Shown piece by piece: positions 39,145-53,473 of a stretch of DNA of 64,000 nucleotides. The notes under the pieces are model-generated. The model made no database searches. It saw only the letters and a program-made list of their open reading frames with translations, and was not told where the DNA came from. Position numbers and translations under genes: made by a program. The stretch is from positions 59,458,001-59,522,000 of the forward strand of contig NC_042998.1 of assembly GCF_006345805.1 (NCBI RefSeq). The letters run 5' to 3'. Source of the stretch: Octopus sinensis. Lineage: Eukaryota. How positions within the stretch are numbered: the first letter of the stretch is position 1; each line of letters opens with the position of its first letter.

Positions 39145-41880
39145 CACACACACACAGGTACACACACACAGGTACACACACACACACACACTCATATGTA
39201 TGCATATATTTATTTTTCATACACACATATACGCCTTTTTTTTATTTTACTGAAAGTTCTGTTCTTTTCAGAAGAAATAATATCTATTGAAATGAATTAG
39301 TAGGAATATAGCTCACGTATTTCAATGAAAGCACCCTGTTATTTTTATTTTAAGTAAATAAAAAGTAATCCGAAGTGTCTTCTTGACGTTTTTTAGAATC
39401 TGATGGCTTAGAATGGTTGAAAGTAGTTTAGTTCAATGCTATTTCATTATTTTTAATAGTTTTCTGTCGAGCAATCTCTAAGTTTGTCACTGTTCGTATT
39501 TCATTTTCAAAGAATCTTCATGTTTTTTTTTCTAAAAGGCGAAGATTCTATTACATTTACATGACGTATCAATTAACATATAATACTTTGAATGTTATCT
39601 TATTTAGTATTCAATACCAAAAATATCAGGTGATGGTAAAGCTTATATTTTAAACCCTGTCATTCATAAGAAATAATATAGAATACGATGACCATTTTAC
39701 CGAGTGATAAAAAGTTAACAACGTTTTCAGATGTCACATGTATATATACTTTAAAGAAATTTGCCATTATTTCGGTTTCTGAAGGGATTAATTTTAATCG
39801 TAAGGAAAAAAATTTAATCGCGTGTCCTTAATTAGATACCAATTTTGCTAATGTTGCAAAATGATCAACTTTTATAAAAGTTACAGAATTTGAGTTTGAC
39901 TTCATCTGACATGCTTTCTCAATGGAACACTGCCTGTTAGAAAAAGTCTATTCATGATCTAGTTGAAGTTTTCTAACTGTCAAGGAAGCATGGGTAGTTA
40001 CAAAAATATATAATATTCTTAAGCTGGTTTGTGTAAATTATCGCATAAAGACATACATTTAAAGGCGTTCATCGTTCTCATAATATTTAGTGGTTCATGA
40101 GAAGGGAAGGAATTTTTTTCCATCTTAAAAGCGAAATATGTTCCTTTCGTTTGACGCTTGAAGCCACAAACAGGGAAATGCTCAGTACTAAATTATTCCC
40201 ATAACTCCCCACCATCTAAATGCATCTTATTAAATGAAATTTTATTTCACGGCAGCACACAAGACTCAAAACCTTCGCATGATAATGATCTTCAAGATTT
40301 TTCTATCCACTCAATTCTGCTCATCATCTCACATTATTTTACTGAGAGGGGGTCTATTTGGTTAGCTACCAGTGTAGACTACGTACGTAAAACATGTTTT
40401 CTATATAGACTGGAATCCTATATATTTTTAATACCATTCAATCTGGAATGGCATATAAACGCATATCCGTAAATGGTACTGACTAAGAGAAAAGGTTAAC
40501 ATGAATTATTTTTATATAATTCCAGTGTAATTAGGTATTTGAGTAAATTAGGATTTTCCTTGAAAACATTATTAAATGTTGTTTTAGACTTCAATGACAA
40601 AAGACAACAATATAATAAAATAAAAAAAATATATGCACTGATTCAATTTCCACTGCTAATTGCAGTTATTTCTATCTCTAATCTATTTTGCACCTTTTCA
40701 CCTCAGTGCAAAGATAATCACGAATGTGTTTGCAATTAAGTTTAGAAAATTCTGATCAATCATCTAGCAATAATGTAAACTAGTATTTCGTTAGGCTGTT
40801 TCACGTTTCCAAATGACGTAGATGCGTTTCATTTCCTTTATATTGGGAATATAGAAATAATAAATGCGAGTGTGTATTCTTGTGAGTGTATCTGCATATA
40901 CAATGTTTGTGTTGTCAGAATTAGTGTGAGTGTAAGATTGTTGTTCATAAGCTGTTAGAAAGAAAACAAAATCACACATTGATGCATTTATAGAAACGCA
41001 TAGAGACATGCACACATTCATAAGAATTATACTTTTCAAAACAGAGTCGTTAATTTTTTTTCTCTCTCCTCCACCCCCCCTCTTCGTCCCCTCCCAACGT
41101 ATCATTCATCAGGATACACATAAACTTTAATACGTATAACTCCAGTTTGTTCATATGTTGATTTACATTTTTCTGAATACGTGACCTGTCCTAAAAGAAA
41201 TAAAACTTTTAGATCAGGGCTCCAACCAACCGAGTTAATGTATTGTGTATGGATGATTTTGACTTTCAGTCAGTTTTACGACGTTATGTGAGTCACTTAC
41301 TGAGATTTTATGCGTTACAGTGAATATACGTTTAGTGCAATTAATGATTAATCACAAGTTATAGACTGAAGCCTTTGTAAGACGAACGTGTCGTGATAAA
41401 TCATTAGAAGTTTTACGCATTTCAAATTGAGAATGACATCCACCCAAGACAATGTTTAATCTTGTCGTTTTTGTACAATAGCAGATAATGATAGTATTGT
41501 AAAAGTACGTGCTTAGTTCCATGGACGTCACCGCCTGATTTTCCACAAGGATATCGAAAAGTAGCCACCTGTAAAACCTTAGCCGCCAGGAATTTAGTGG
41601 AAAAATTATATGTGTTGCTGTTAAATTTGTGCCTTTTCTACTAGCAGGTAAATAAAAAGAAAAACGAGATACAGTCTCTCAGAATATTTCGATCGTATAT
41701 TTCGAAATGTGGTTGTACGGCGTTGATGACTAAACCAAAAAAGTCGTTGGATTGTTTAAATCATCGTCACTGAAAAGAAACCAATCATACTATAGACAAT
41801 CAAATTTGAATATGATTTTGATTGTCATTTTGAAATATGAGATTCATATCAAGAGTTTGTTCTATTTGATCTAACATATA

Positions 41881-42134
41881 CTCTTTTACTTGTTACAGTC
41901 ATTTGACTGTGGCCTTGCTGGAGCACCGCCTTTAGTCGAGTAAATCGACCCCAGGACTTATTCTTTGTAAGCCTAGTACTTATTCTATCGGTTTCTTTTC
42001 TCGAACCGCTAAGTTAAGGGGACGTAAACACACCGGCATCGATTGTCAAGCGATGTTGGGGGGACAAACACAGCCACACAAACACACATACAAACGCGCA
42101 CACACACATACACACACATACACACACACACACG

Positions 42135-42205
<71 letters not shown>

Positions 42206-42378
42206 CATATATATACGACGGGCTTTTTTCACTTTCCCTCTACCAAATCAGCTCACAAGGCTTTGGTCGGCCCGTGGCTATAGTAGAAGACACTTGCTCA
42301 TAGTGCCACGCAGTAGCACTGAACTGGGTACCATGTGGTTCGTAAACAGGCTACTTACCACAGAGCCACTCCTACGCC
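41881..42378 (-). mobile_element. tRNA-derived SINE family B, full length with internal microsatellite
   Basis: Minus head ggcgtaggagtggctctgtggtaagtagcc; same structure as 53066-53432(+). Confidence 0.85.
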
Positions 42379-42429
42379 TATGAAGAATCGTATTTTGATG
42401 ATGTACAGTGTGTGAAAAAACAATAGATA

Positions 42430-43160
42430 GGAAGAGGTTTGATGCATGGACAAATTAAACTGAGATTCTGTGATACAACATGCAGGAAGGTTTATCATCG
42501 CAGCCCAATATCAATGCCTACCTAAAAGAAACTACCAGGCCAACATATTAAAGAACGGCAGTAGCTCATATCATGTATGTCAACAATAAAATGAAACCAT
42601 TTATCATGTTGTCTCCAAGTGCAATCTTCTTACGCCTACAGAGTATCTCAACAGGCATGGTAAAGCTGCACAATATATTCACTGGGTAATTTGCAAAAGC
42701 CCAGACTTGCCCCATGATAAAAACTGGTGGGAACACAATCCACCTCCAGTGCTTGAAAATGACCACATCTCACTCCTCTGGAACTTCACTATTCAAGCTG
42801 ACAGAAAGATAGATGCGAATAGGCCAGACATTATATTGAAAGACTTCAAAAATCATGTCTCCTCATCGATATGACTGTACCAATCGATATAATCGTATCT
42901 GTCAAGATCTACCAAAACCTGAGCAAGTATAAAGATCTTGAAGTAGAAATTAGCAAAATGTGGAACCTGAAGACTAAAACAATACCTGTTGCCATAGGTG
43001 CCCTGGGAATAATAGCAAAAGAAGCTGATTGCTACCTACCTCATATACTAGGAAACTCCAAAATGGCAGAAATCCAAAAGATAGTGCTCATGGGAACTGC
43101 TCATATCCTACGCAAAATATCTTTTCCGTAATCACAAGTTTTAAAACAAACACATAATGT
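42430..43160 (+). mobile_element. R4-clade non-LTR retrotransposon 3' fragment (zinc knuckle + RLE), degenerate
   Basis: EGFIIAAQ...NYQANILKNG...VCQQ*NETIYHVVSKC...EYLNRH...YIHWVIC...LLWNFTIQADRKIDANRPDIIL...LSKYKDLEVEISKMWNLKTKTIPVAIGALG...IQKIVLMGTAHILRKIS. Confidence 0.88.
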
Positions 43161-43562
43161 AGATAAGGATTCAGTGTAGTATTTTATATTGACTTTTATA
43201 TTAGGGCACTGTAAAGACATATAGAGTTCTGTATAGTAAACCAGAGATGTAACTAGCTTTTGTGCAGTGTAGCTTTTTGAATGATTTCGATATTTTCTGT
43301 TGTCTAGCAATTACCATATATTTCGTTTCTTTCACAATTATTTCAAACATCTCGTTTGTATTCTGTGATGATACGGAACATTTCCAGCCACCTGTTGGTT
43401 TCACATAAAAGGCTGTTTTTGTATCACTTGCGTCACCTTTCTTTCTTCATGGATAGTGTTAGTGCACGTGATGTTCCCATCGAAAATCTTGTTTGCTATA
43501 CATTATTGGATGTCTTATGGACACTTTACCACCGTATATATGCATACGTGTCATATATATAT

Positions 43563-43596
<34 letters not shown>

Positions 43597-45897
43597 AGTA
43601 GGTGGAACTATATCAGGGAAGCTTTGTATACGACATCAATAGATACTTTCGGCATGAGAGAAAAGCAAAACCCAGATTGGTTCAATGCTGGGCTCTTAGA
43701 GCTGGAGCCAGTTATCGAAACAAAGCGTGCAGCTCTGATGCAATACAAGAGTGACTCTTCTACAAAGCCACTCGAAGAACTCAGAAAGGCACGAAATAAA
43801 ACTCAACTGACAGCCAGACGTTGTGCAAACAGGTATTGGCAGGAAATCTGTCAGAGTATCTAGTCAGCTGCTGACAGGGGCAACACCCGTGGGATGTATG
43901 CCGGCTTGAAGAAGGCCCTCGGTCCATCCGCAACTAAGTCAGCTCCTCTGAAATCAACTACTGGAGATCTCATCAGGGATCAAAGCAAGCAAATGGATAG
44001 ATGGGTGGAGCATTACCAGGATCTCTACTCACGGAGACTACAGTGGCTGAGGCTGCAATCGAGAGTGTCAAGATCTTGCCAGTCATGTGCGAACTTGACA
44101 GTCCGCCATCTATAGCAGAGCTCACCAAGGCTGTTGACTCCGTAGCAAGAAACAAGGCTCCGGGAAAAAACGGCATCTCCTCAGAGATCATCAAAGCCGA
44201 CAAAAACACCATCCTGCTTCGGCACCTTCATGAGCTTCTGTGTCAGTGCTGGGAAGAGGGTACAGTCCCTCAGGATATGCGGGATGCTAACATCATTACG
44301 CTTTAAAAAAGCAAAGGTGACCGTGGTGATTGTAACAATTACCGTGGAATATCTTTTCTAAGCACTGTTGGAAAGACCTTTGCCCGCGTTATCCTGGCCA
44401 GGCTACAACTAATTGCTTCTCGAATCTATCCGGAATCGCAGTGTGGCTTTAGAAGAAGCAGATCAACTATCGATATGATATTCTCCACACGCCAACTTCA
44501 GGAAAAGTCCAGAGAGCAGAAAATGCCATTATATATGGCCTTCATTGATCTAACAAAGGCCTTTGACTCGGTAAGCAGAACAGACCTCTTCATCCTGCTC
44601 CAAAAAATCGGATGTCCACCAAAACTGCTGAGGATCATCAAGTCTTTTCATGATGACATGCAAGGCACCATACAGCACAACGGTTCAACGTCAGCCGCCT
44701 TCCAAATAAAAAACGGGGTAAAGCAAGGTTGTGTCCTTGCTCCTACATTGTTTGGCATCTTCTTCTCGCTCTTACTCTCACATGCCTTTCAGACATCAGA
44801 TGATGTAGTGTTTTCTGCACAGTAGAAGTGACGGGAAACTGTTCAATCTCTCGCGCCTGCGTGCCAAGACCAAAATCAGAAACGTCCTGATCAAGGAGAT
44901 GCTATTTGCTGATGATGCCGCTCTGGTATCACACACAGAAGAAGTCCTCCAAAGGCTCATTAACTGTTTTGAGCAAGCATGTAATGACTTTGGTTTAGCT
45001 ATCAGCCTTAAGAAGACCAACATCATGGTTCAGGCTACATCGGACATCCCAAACATACATATTGGAGACCACAGATTACAAGAGGTGGAGAAGTTTACCT
45101 ATCTTGGCTCTACCGTCACCTACAACCTATCCCTTGACGCTGAGCTCAATATACGCATTGGCAAGGCAGCTGTTGCGATGGCCCAACTCTCCAAACGGGC
45201 TTGGGGCAACAATAAGCTGACCAAGACCACGAAAATGAAGATCTACCAGGCATGTGTACTTAGCACTCTACTGTATGGAAGTGAGACTTGGACGCTATAC
45301 ACACGCCAAGAGCGTCGCCTAAACATCTTTCACCTGCGCTGCCTCCGGAAAATTCTCCGCATCAAATGACAGAAGCATATCCCCAACAAAGATGTCCTCA
45401 GGCAAGCAGGAATACCAAGCATGTTTGCACTCCTCACACAAAGACGTATGAGATGGCTTGGGCATGTTAGCCGCATGAAAGATGGCAGAATCCCCAAGGA
45501 CATACTCTACGGAGAGCTTGCTAGGGGTACTAGGTCTGTGGGTAGACCGTTCTTGCGTTACAAGGATGTTTGCAAAAGGGACGTGAAGGCCTGCAATATT
45601 AGCGGTTGGGAGGCAGTTGCCGGCAACCGTGGAGACTGGCGACGTACCGTAAAAGAGAGAATACAAAAGAGTTACAGAGAGAGAGAGAGAGGAGAAATGG
45701 AAAGACAAGAAAAGACGTCAACAAGAAACTATGGCATTACAACCAGCCAGGAACAGTCTTCGCTACATTTTCGGTACCTGCCAGAGGGAGTGTTCGTCCA
45801 CAGCAGGAAATGTATCAGGACATGAAATGTAAAAGCCGGACTAGACTATTTTATGCGCAACTCCATTGTCTCCCGAGACAAAAAGGATGTCAACAAT
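43597..45897 (+). mobile_element. RTE-clade (BovB-like) LINE, 5'-truncated, several stops/frameshifts, flanked by (TA)n
   Basis: PDWF, NYRGISFLS..GK, QCGFRRSRSTIDMIFSTRQLQEKSREQKMPLYMAFIDLTKAFDSVSR, GVKQGCVLAPTLFGIFFS, LFADDAAL, FTYLGS, LLYGSETW, RRMRWLGHVSRM.DGRIPKDILYGEL. 3' end cattgtctcccgagacaaaaggatgtcaacaa. Confidence 0.95.
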
Positions 45898-45916
45898 ATA
45901 TATATATATATATATT

Positions 45917-46026
45917 GGCCTGCTCGTTTAGCCAGCGTGGTGGCGTCATTCGAAGGCTAAAACAATGCGAACGCATTGTGACCAGCGATGTGTAACTACA
46001 TCTGATGGACTGGTCTGTCACGTGAT

Positions 46027-46034
<8 letters not shown>
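45917..46034 (+). repeat. Short interspersed repeat between (TA)n tracts
   Basis: ggcctgctcgtttagccagcg...cacgtgatcacgtgat; recognised from memory as an octopus-type repeat, no second copy in the window. Confidence 0.4.
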
Positions 46035-46071
<37 letters not shown>

Positions 46072-46121
46072 AATATATATACATACAAATATAAATTAAA
46101 AAGAGAACACAAAGGATATCG

Positions 46122-46210
46122 CGGTACACGTGCTTCAAGCTTTATAAACAATCTGTTATTACATCAGTGTATTATTGATATAAAAGATTGTTTAAAGCTC
46201 TCTTCAGCCG
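46122..46210 (-). ncRNA. Hammerhead motif with long stem II and A15.1G substitution
   Basis: Minus: cgg-CTGAAGA-g agcttta aacaatct...agattgtt ta taaagct t-GAAG-cacgtg-T-A-ccg. Confidence 0.7.
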
Positions 46211-49200
46211 GAAACATTGTTAGTCCAAAGATTACATCACAATATAAAAAGTACGCGTAGTATTACCCATTATAATAGGTTAATCATATCTCCTTGAAAA
46301 AGTATATTTGTATAATTGTATAAATATATAAAGATCCATTGGATTTCACAAATCTGCCCATATTATACCACCAAAGAGCATATATATATATATATATATA
46401 TGACTTTCGTCCTTTCGGAGACGATAAAATAAACACTGGGGTCGATGTTATCGACCTACGCCTTCTCCTGACATTACTGGCCTTATGCCAGAATTTGAAA
46501 CCAACATTGCGATACCTCTTTCATTTACCACTACTACTGCTGCTGCAACTGCTTTTCCTTAAAAAAGTTTTCATTTAAGTTTTTTTCTTCTTTGTTATAC
46601 TTTTATATTTTGTAAGGTACCATCTGCCTCAATAGAACGTGATATGTCTCTTCGTCTTTATCTGCGCCGCTGTATGCACCACGTTTCCTTGTCTATCACC
46701 GTCATTTATCCCTTCAGTACTTTTTGCAAAATTTGCTCTGTGACAAGCATCCACACACCAGACTTCCGGATCGAGGATTTCCTTGATCTGTCCAAGTATC
46801 AAAAGCTGTCTCTACAGTTCACGTTGATGTCAAAAGATAACCCCATCCGACCAATTCTCTTTCCCCTTCTCAAATTTCCAATATCTCCTCTCTAACCTAG
46901 GACACGCGCATTGCATTTTATACACGTGAAACCTATTAAATCTTATTTCTCTCATGAGACAGAAATTTCTCAATCGCTATTCACAACCCAGAGCAGCTAT
47001 CGAATATACAGTCTCTACTTAATATTCTCCAAAATGCGGTATTTGTGTATACATAGACACCAATCTCCTCGTTTCTCCCTTCTCTTACCTGGTTTTCTGC
47101 AAAACTAAATTCAGGCTATTCAGGTTTAAAGTCTCCCTACAGCATCCCACCAAATACAACCAATTTCCCGATCTCTCTCTGATTTACAGGTCCACCGATT
47201 TTAAAAACAGAGTATCTATAAATCTGTACAGAAGAAATATCTAGATAAAAATCTTTCTAAAACACTCCTGTTTTAAGTTTCTCCTTGATGTCTGTATCGT
47301 TCACCGAAACACGTTAGGAAAAGACACAGGAATACACATAAATTTTCACCGCATACTAGTGAATCTATAAATACATTACTTGTTGGTATACTCAATGACA
47401 CTAGTGTTAATTAAAGAGATAGGAGCCAAAATTGACATCAGTGTGTAAACGGTTGCTTATTTTTATCAAATTTATAGAAAGCAGAAGGGAGATGGAGAAA
47501 GTAGAATTCAGGGGCTGTAAAATAACAACAGGGCACTTTGTTAGATCTAGCATTTCTCACATTCCACTGCCCTTTATACCTCCATGTTACGTGTTATTTC
47601 GTTCTCATGGGATAGACAACCAATATGAAAGCCAATGTTATTGTTTTACGTGTTTGTTTATTTTTCATGTTACACGAACTGTTAACCCTCAGCGCAGCGA
47701 CACCTATATAACTTTAGACACAGCGTAGTAATACTTATAAAATAGTGCCAAAAGCGGGGACGCATTCCACACACGAACGCCCACGCATACGCATATATAT
47801 GAATGTGTAACACTCCATATTAGGACCATCTGTCTTCAACAATATCATATAAAACAACAACAATGAAAATGTGAAACGGTATAAATGGTATCAGTTGTAG
47901 AGACAGCAACAGGAATAATTATAGTAATAGCCAAATTAGTAGAAGTGATAATAAAAGTTACACTCGATGAAAACGATTTAAACATGAAATTCTAAATTCA
48001 GTATGTGCTATTCTGGTTGTGGTGTTAAATAAAGGTTGAATCGAAAAAATAATTTTTAAAAAAAGACAATAAATGGCATTTTCATCTTCCAGATATGCTT
48101 TTTTGTAAGATTCAAACTAATAAAATTCAACCAATTAGCAACCGGAGCAGGTGTAACTAATTAATATTATTAAATTAATATTAACGCTATCAATCACTAA
48201 TCATTAAAAGATTGATCTTTTAAGACATGACAAAGTACATAGAATATTTATTGATTGATTAATTTTGTGAATGGTTACGACCTTGTCTCTATAATGCAAC
48301 ATGTTGTAACTTTGTCGTTTGTTCAAGATTTCATTGTGCTGTTTTCCTGAGAAGTAATTAATGTATTTAATTAACTATAGCGTTGTTCTAAAGAAGTAAT
48401 ATTTATAAATACCGGGATCTATAAAACGCGATACTACTCTGATATAACTACGTTTTATATTACCCAAATGCCGCAACATATATACATTCTCAAAAGGACT
48501 TTTCTTTTTTCTATTGTCTGCTCCAAGTCATACAGTTGAGTTTCATAGTCTGCTGATATATTGCAATTATGAAACAATTCGTTTGACTCTTTATTCCGAT
48601 CACCCTCACTAAAATTGCCCGAACTGAGTCTAGGATATGCTGCGAGCAAGATGATGGGTTTTCACATAAACATCTAAATTGTAAAATTAAACTTTACTTG
48701 TGAGGACTGACTTTAGCCATATACTCATAGTCAGTTTTCCAGAAGTTTATTGAAGCAAACCGCGAAAGTATTATAAGACGGTTTACATATATAAATGCAC
48801 TCTAAGTGCCACATATAGAGAATTCTGTTACTTGAAACATATCACAGCAAAGCGAAGCGACTAGTGAATCATAAAGCAAGACGGTCGACATAACGCTTTT
48901 CAATTTCGCTTACCTTCTAGAGTATTTTTCTTAGGCTCTAGCACTCATAAGACCCCTTTTACACGGTTCCCATGAGGTATAAGTGACCATGAACACAACA
49001 TTGCATTGATCGGAACGCCGATCCGGATCATGGTTTACGATCTGCAATTTTGAGAGGAGGGCCCAAGTAGATTACATTAACTCCAGTACTTAACAAGTAC
49101 TTTTTTTATTGACCTCAAAAGGTATAAGGCGCAAATTTGACTTCGGCGGGATTTGAACTCAGAACTTAAAAAAGGTGGAAGAAATGCCGTTATGCATCTT

Positions 49201-50811
49201 GTCCAACGTGCTAACGATTCTATCCTCTCACTGCCTTAGACTAGCACATCAAGATATTGTAAAATTTCTTTGTAGAAATTAATTGAAAACAGCAGCAATT
49301 ATTTTTTAAAGAATTCACATCTCTTATTGCCTTAAATCTCATGCAGCTGTGATTGGTATCTCACTGTTATATTCAAATTATGTCAAATGTTGATTATATA
49401 AGTGTGTAACACGATGTTTGTCCTTGGTAGCAACTGCTATTTTTATTTGCTTACACCTAGAAAGTATGAAAAAGCGCTATTTCCTTCAATATTTGCAATT
49501 GTTACACTCATCAAACCCCACAAACTTCCTCCCAACTCATGGCTATGATGCTCCTCCACTACTTCTGCTCACAATCAGAGATGCTTAAGTTATCAGCCAC
49601 TAAAAGACATGCACAATTGGTTAAGGTCAAGCAACAGACAAGTAAATCTGTGGTAGTGAGCAGAATATTTGCTGTAACAATATTTCTGTTTCAGCAACTC
49701 AACGCTGAATCTGTCTGAAATGATCAGTTTCAAAACATTGATATCCAGGTGACAAAAGCCAATTTTCACGGGAATATTAGTCATTTATGCTGATTTCTAG
49801 ATAGAAGCAGATAGGAAATAACACTTACTGACTAAAGACAAAAAGAAAAAAGATAAAAAATTAAAATTTTGTTACACAGTCTGATTTAGCGATTCCAATG
49901 TTTACTAACCGAGTTTACATCTGCGTGGTAGCAGGACTTATAAGAAAGAGTATACATAGCTCCCTCAATTATCCCGTTCAGTCTCAAGGAGTAGCACATT
50001 GGACAAGTATCTTCTATTACAGCCCTAGGCCGGCCTTGTGGCCAAGTTTGGCAGAAGGAAATTTTGTGGAAACCTATCGTATCTATGTGTATGCGCGCGC
50101 GCCTGTTTCTATGTGGGTCCATGTGTGATCCCCTCCACCGAACGATGATAACCGGTGTGGATTTGGTTACGTCCCCTTAGCGTAGCAGCAGAAGAGAAAC
50201 CGGTAGATTAAGTACCAGGCTTAACAATTAAGTACTGAGATCGATTTGTTCGGCTAAAATAGCATAGGACTGCACCAACATGGTCGCTTACCGATGATTG
50301 AAAATACTAAAAGATTAAGGATAACAGATGTTATAGCAATATTTTTAACAATAATTTTCTTGAATTTCTATTGAGAAGGAAATAATATAGCAAAGTAAGA
50401 TTTCCTCGATCCTCTCTCTTTCAACATATGGTTCAACCATATAATTGGAACAGGTTTAAAAGCAGCATTTGAAGATTATCATTAAGATGCATTTAAACTA
50501 TAAATTCTATAGGAATCGTTAGACGAATGTAATTTTGGTAAAACATGCATCATATCACGCATGTTTATATTGATATTTTAATATATCGTAGCGCTTTACA
50601 AATGATATATTATACAAGTATATCACTTGAATAATTGATTTTTCACTTGAAAAATAACTATTCATAATATATATTTTAAATAGAAGAATGAAAAATAAAA
50701 TCATATCTAGTTTTCCAAACTTCAAAGAAATAAAATTGTTGCTGTTCGTAAAACTTGACGTAATACATTCTCATCCATTACTATATAAAAAAGCAAGAGC
50801 ATATGTATATA

Positions 50812-50904
<93 letters not shown>

Positions 50905-51780
50905 ATATGTATGTATGTATTCATGTATGTATGTATGTATGTATGTATGTATGTATGCATGTATGTATGTATGTATGTATGTATGTATGTATGTATGTAT
51001 GTATGTGCATGTATGTTTGTGTGTGTACAAATGTTTCTGAGAAACAATCGTCGGAATACTTCATTTCCTTTAAATATGGTGCCAAAACTCTTTTTGAACA
51101 TATGTTACTCCATCCCATAATTTATTTTGAATTTTTAAAAGAAATGTTTTTCTATATTTCATTATTCTAATCTATATTTTTATGTGTACTCTATTATGTT
51201 TATATATACCTATATATTTATTTGTCCGTGCGTATTTTAGATATTCATATATTTTTAGATTTCTATATCTTTATATTCCGAATGAATTCATATGTTTTAG
51301 ATAACTCTGTCATATTAAATTCGTATATGTATACACCAATTGTAGTCTCCCTGGCTTGAACCGCTTCTCTGTATCTCTTGTACTTGTCAAGCGTCTCGGG
51401 TTTGACTTGAGCACTTCCATGTTTCCTATGCTTTTCTAAAAAAATATATAATTATATATATATATAAATGTATACACACACGGTCAAACCCATTAAATTA
51501 AATTCAACCTCGACGGTTTCAATTCCCTGTAAGAGCTAAATTATTTACTTGCTACAATTTTTTTATTCCTATACACTTTTAAGAAGTGTATAGGAATAAT
51601 TTAATACAGCTCTTTATATAGTTAATATATAGATATATATTTTTTTTAGGCCAGCTATAGATCTTCTTTTTAATTTTCTAAAAAATTTTTTCAATTTTCT
51701 TAAATAAGAAACCACGCAATATTGCATCAGGTTTGGCTAAGTAGGTCTCGCCCTGGTACGTGCTGTGTGTTTCATTATTT

Positions 51781-51862
51781 TTCCCCTGACGAAGGAGTAA
51801 TTATCGTGATGCACCCTCGTGCATTAAATACGGTGATGAACCCCTGAAATGGCCATAGGGAA
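51781..51862 (+). ncRNA. Type-I hammerhead ribozyme motif
   Basis: ttccc/gggaa stem I; CTGACGA 51786-51792; agg/cct stem II with inner atgcac/gtgcat; GAAA 51846-51849; palindromic atggccat; A17 at 51857. Confidence 0.85.
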
Positions 51863-52326
51863 TGTAAATATGGTTTCTTTTTTTTTTGCTTGGAGACTGG
51901 CTTTTAACAATAGGTTTTCCTTATCTTGAAAAGTAATTTTTAATCGAAAAAATTTCTAAACGATGAACTTTTATCTTAACTTATATATTATTTATTTATA
52001 TGTTTCCTATATATATGTATTTTTATATCTTTTTATATGTCTATATATTTATATATTTCTTTATATTTTTATGTATTTATTATTCTAGATGTAATGTTAA
52101 AAAATATATTTCTTTTAGTCGCTAAAGTATTAATCATTAACTTTTAACCGAGATGGACTGTATTCACACATTTTTCTTATATGCTTGTATTGATGAGTTG
52201 TGTTTCGTTTTCCGTGATTTTATGCATGTATATTTTATGTGAAAGAAAAAGCATTATGTGATTAAATGTTCGAGATATGAAATGCTATGTGGATGACTTT
52301 ATATTTGTTTGTTCTGCAACCATAGA

Positions 52327-52365
<39 letters not shown>

Positions 52366-52688
52366 ATGCGATATGTATTCTATTGAGGGCTTGAGATAAA
52401 GGTCCACAATATGTCGGTTAGAGTTTATATTAATACTCGTGATATTAGTCGTTACTGAAAGTAATAAATTCACGAGTATTAATCGAGATACTTTATTTCC
52501 CGTTACTCTTTCTTTATCGAGTTGCTGAAACCCTGCAGGAATTGGGGAGGGGGTTATGGTCAGTCACGTTATCTAATTGGTCATCTATATATATTATTAT
52601 AATTGTTTTTTTTTTATAAATAGACACTATTTAGTATATAAAATTCGATGAATACCACCTCTTGATCCATTCCACTTTCTTATTGCCG

Positions 52689-52754
<66 letters not shown>

Positions 52755-52882
52755 AGGGGGTTCAATGCCTCCAAGGGATAATTAATTCCAAAGTCGCTCC
52801 TGGTTATTACATGGGTAGGTGTAGTCTTTTGTAAGGTTGCACGATAGCAGGTGGTTCGGTTGGTAAACCATAGTTTAGGTTA

Positions 52883-53058
52883 TATAGGAGAAGAAAATGG
52901 ATATAACAACATGGGGGGGGCTCGTGATTTTCGCTGGCATGCCTTAATTTACTTTGATAACAAAGGAGGAAGCTTAGCTGTTATCTAATTAAGTTAAAGG
53001 CATACCAGCGAAAACCACGGGTTTCCTCTTGTTATTACATCAATTTTCATATCCTATA
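52883..53058. repeat. Imperfect inverted repeat, ~80-bp arms (52883-52962 / 52979-53058)
   Basis: tatagg...cgtgattttcgctggcatgcc...tgataaca versus tgttatc...ggcataccagcgaaaaccacg...cctata. Confidence 0.8.
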
Positions 53059-53065
53059 TGTATGC

Positions 53066-53432
53066 ATATAGGAGTGGCTGTGTGGTAAGTAGCTTGCTTC
53101 CGAACCACATGTTTCCGGCTTCAGTGCTACTGCGTGACACTTTGGGTAAATATCTTCTGCTATAATCTCAGGCATACCAAAGCTTTGAGTGGATTTGGTA
53201 GACGGAAACTAAAAGAAGCCCGTCGTATATATATCTGTGTGCGCGTTTGTATCTGTGTTTGTCCCGATAACATCGCTTGCCAACCGGTGCTGGTGTGTTT
53301 ATTTTCTCCGCAATTTACAGGTTCAGCAAGAGAGTACTAGGCTTACGAAGACTAAGTACTGGGGTCAGTTTGCTCCAATAAAGGTGGTGCTCAAGTATGG
53401 CCGCAGTTAAACGACTGAAACAAATAAAAGAC
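53066..53432 (+). mobile_element. tRNA-derived SINE family B
   Basis: ggagtggctgtgtggtaagtagcttgc...ggatttggtagacggaaact...gactgaaacaaataaaag. Degenerate copy at 49935-50310; head-only copy at 59300-59462. Confidence 0.85.
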
Positions 53433-53437
53433 TATAT

Positions 53438-53473
<36 letters not shown>

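Noticed and set aside
46620-47160. Purine-rich minus-strand stretch faintly like an RTE endonuclease
   Set aside because: No intact catalytic motif could be read; left unannotated.
47278-47322. Possible decayed HHR (tcct...GAAA-cacg-TT-agga)
   Set aside because: Core and stem II cannot be assigned.
48455-48675. 64-aa ORF near a good minus-strand acceptor
   Set aside because: The ORF frame has a stop just after the acceptor; no homology recognised.
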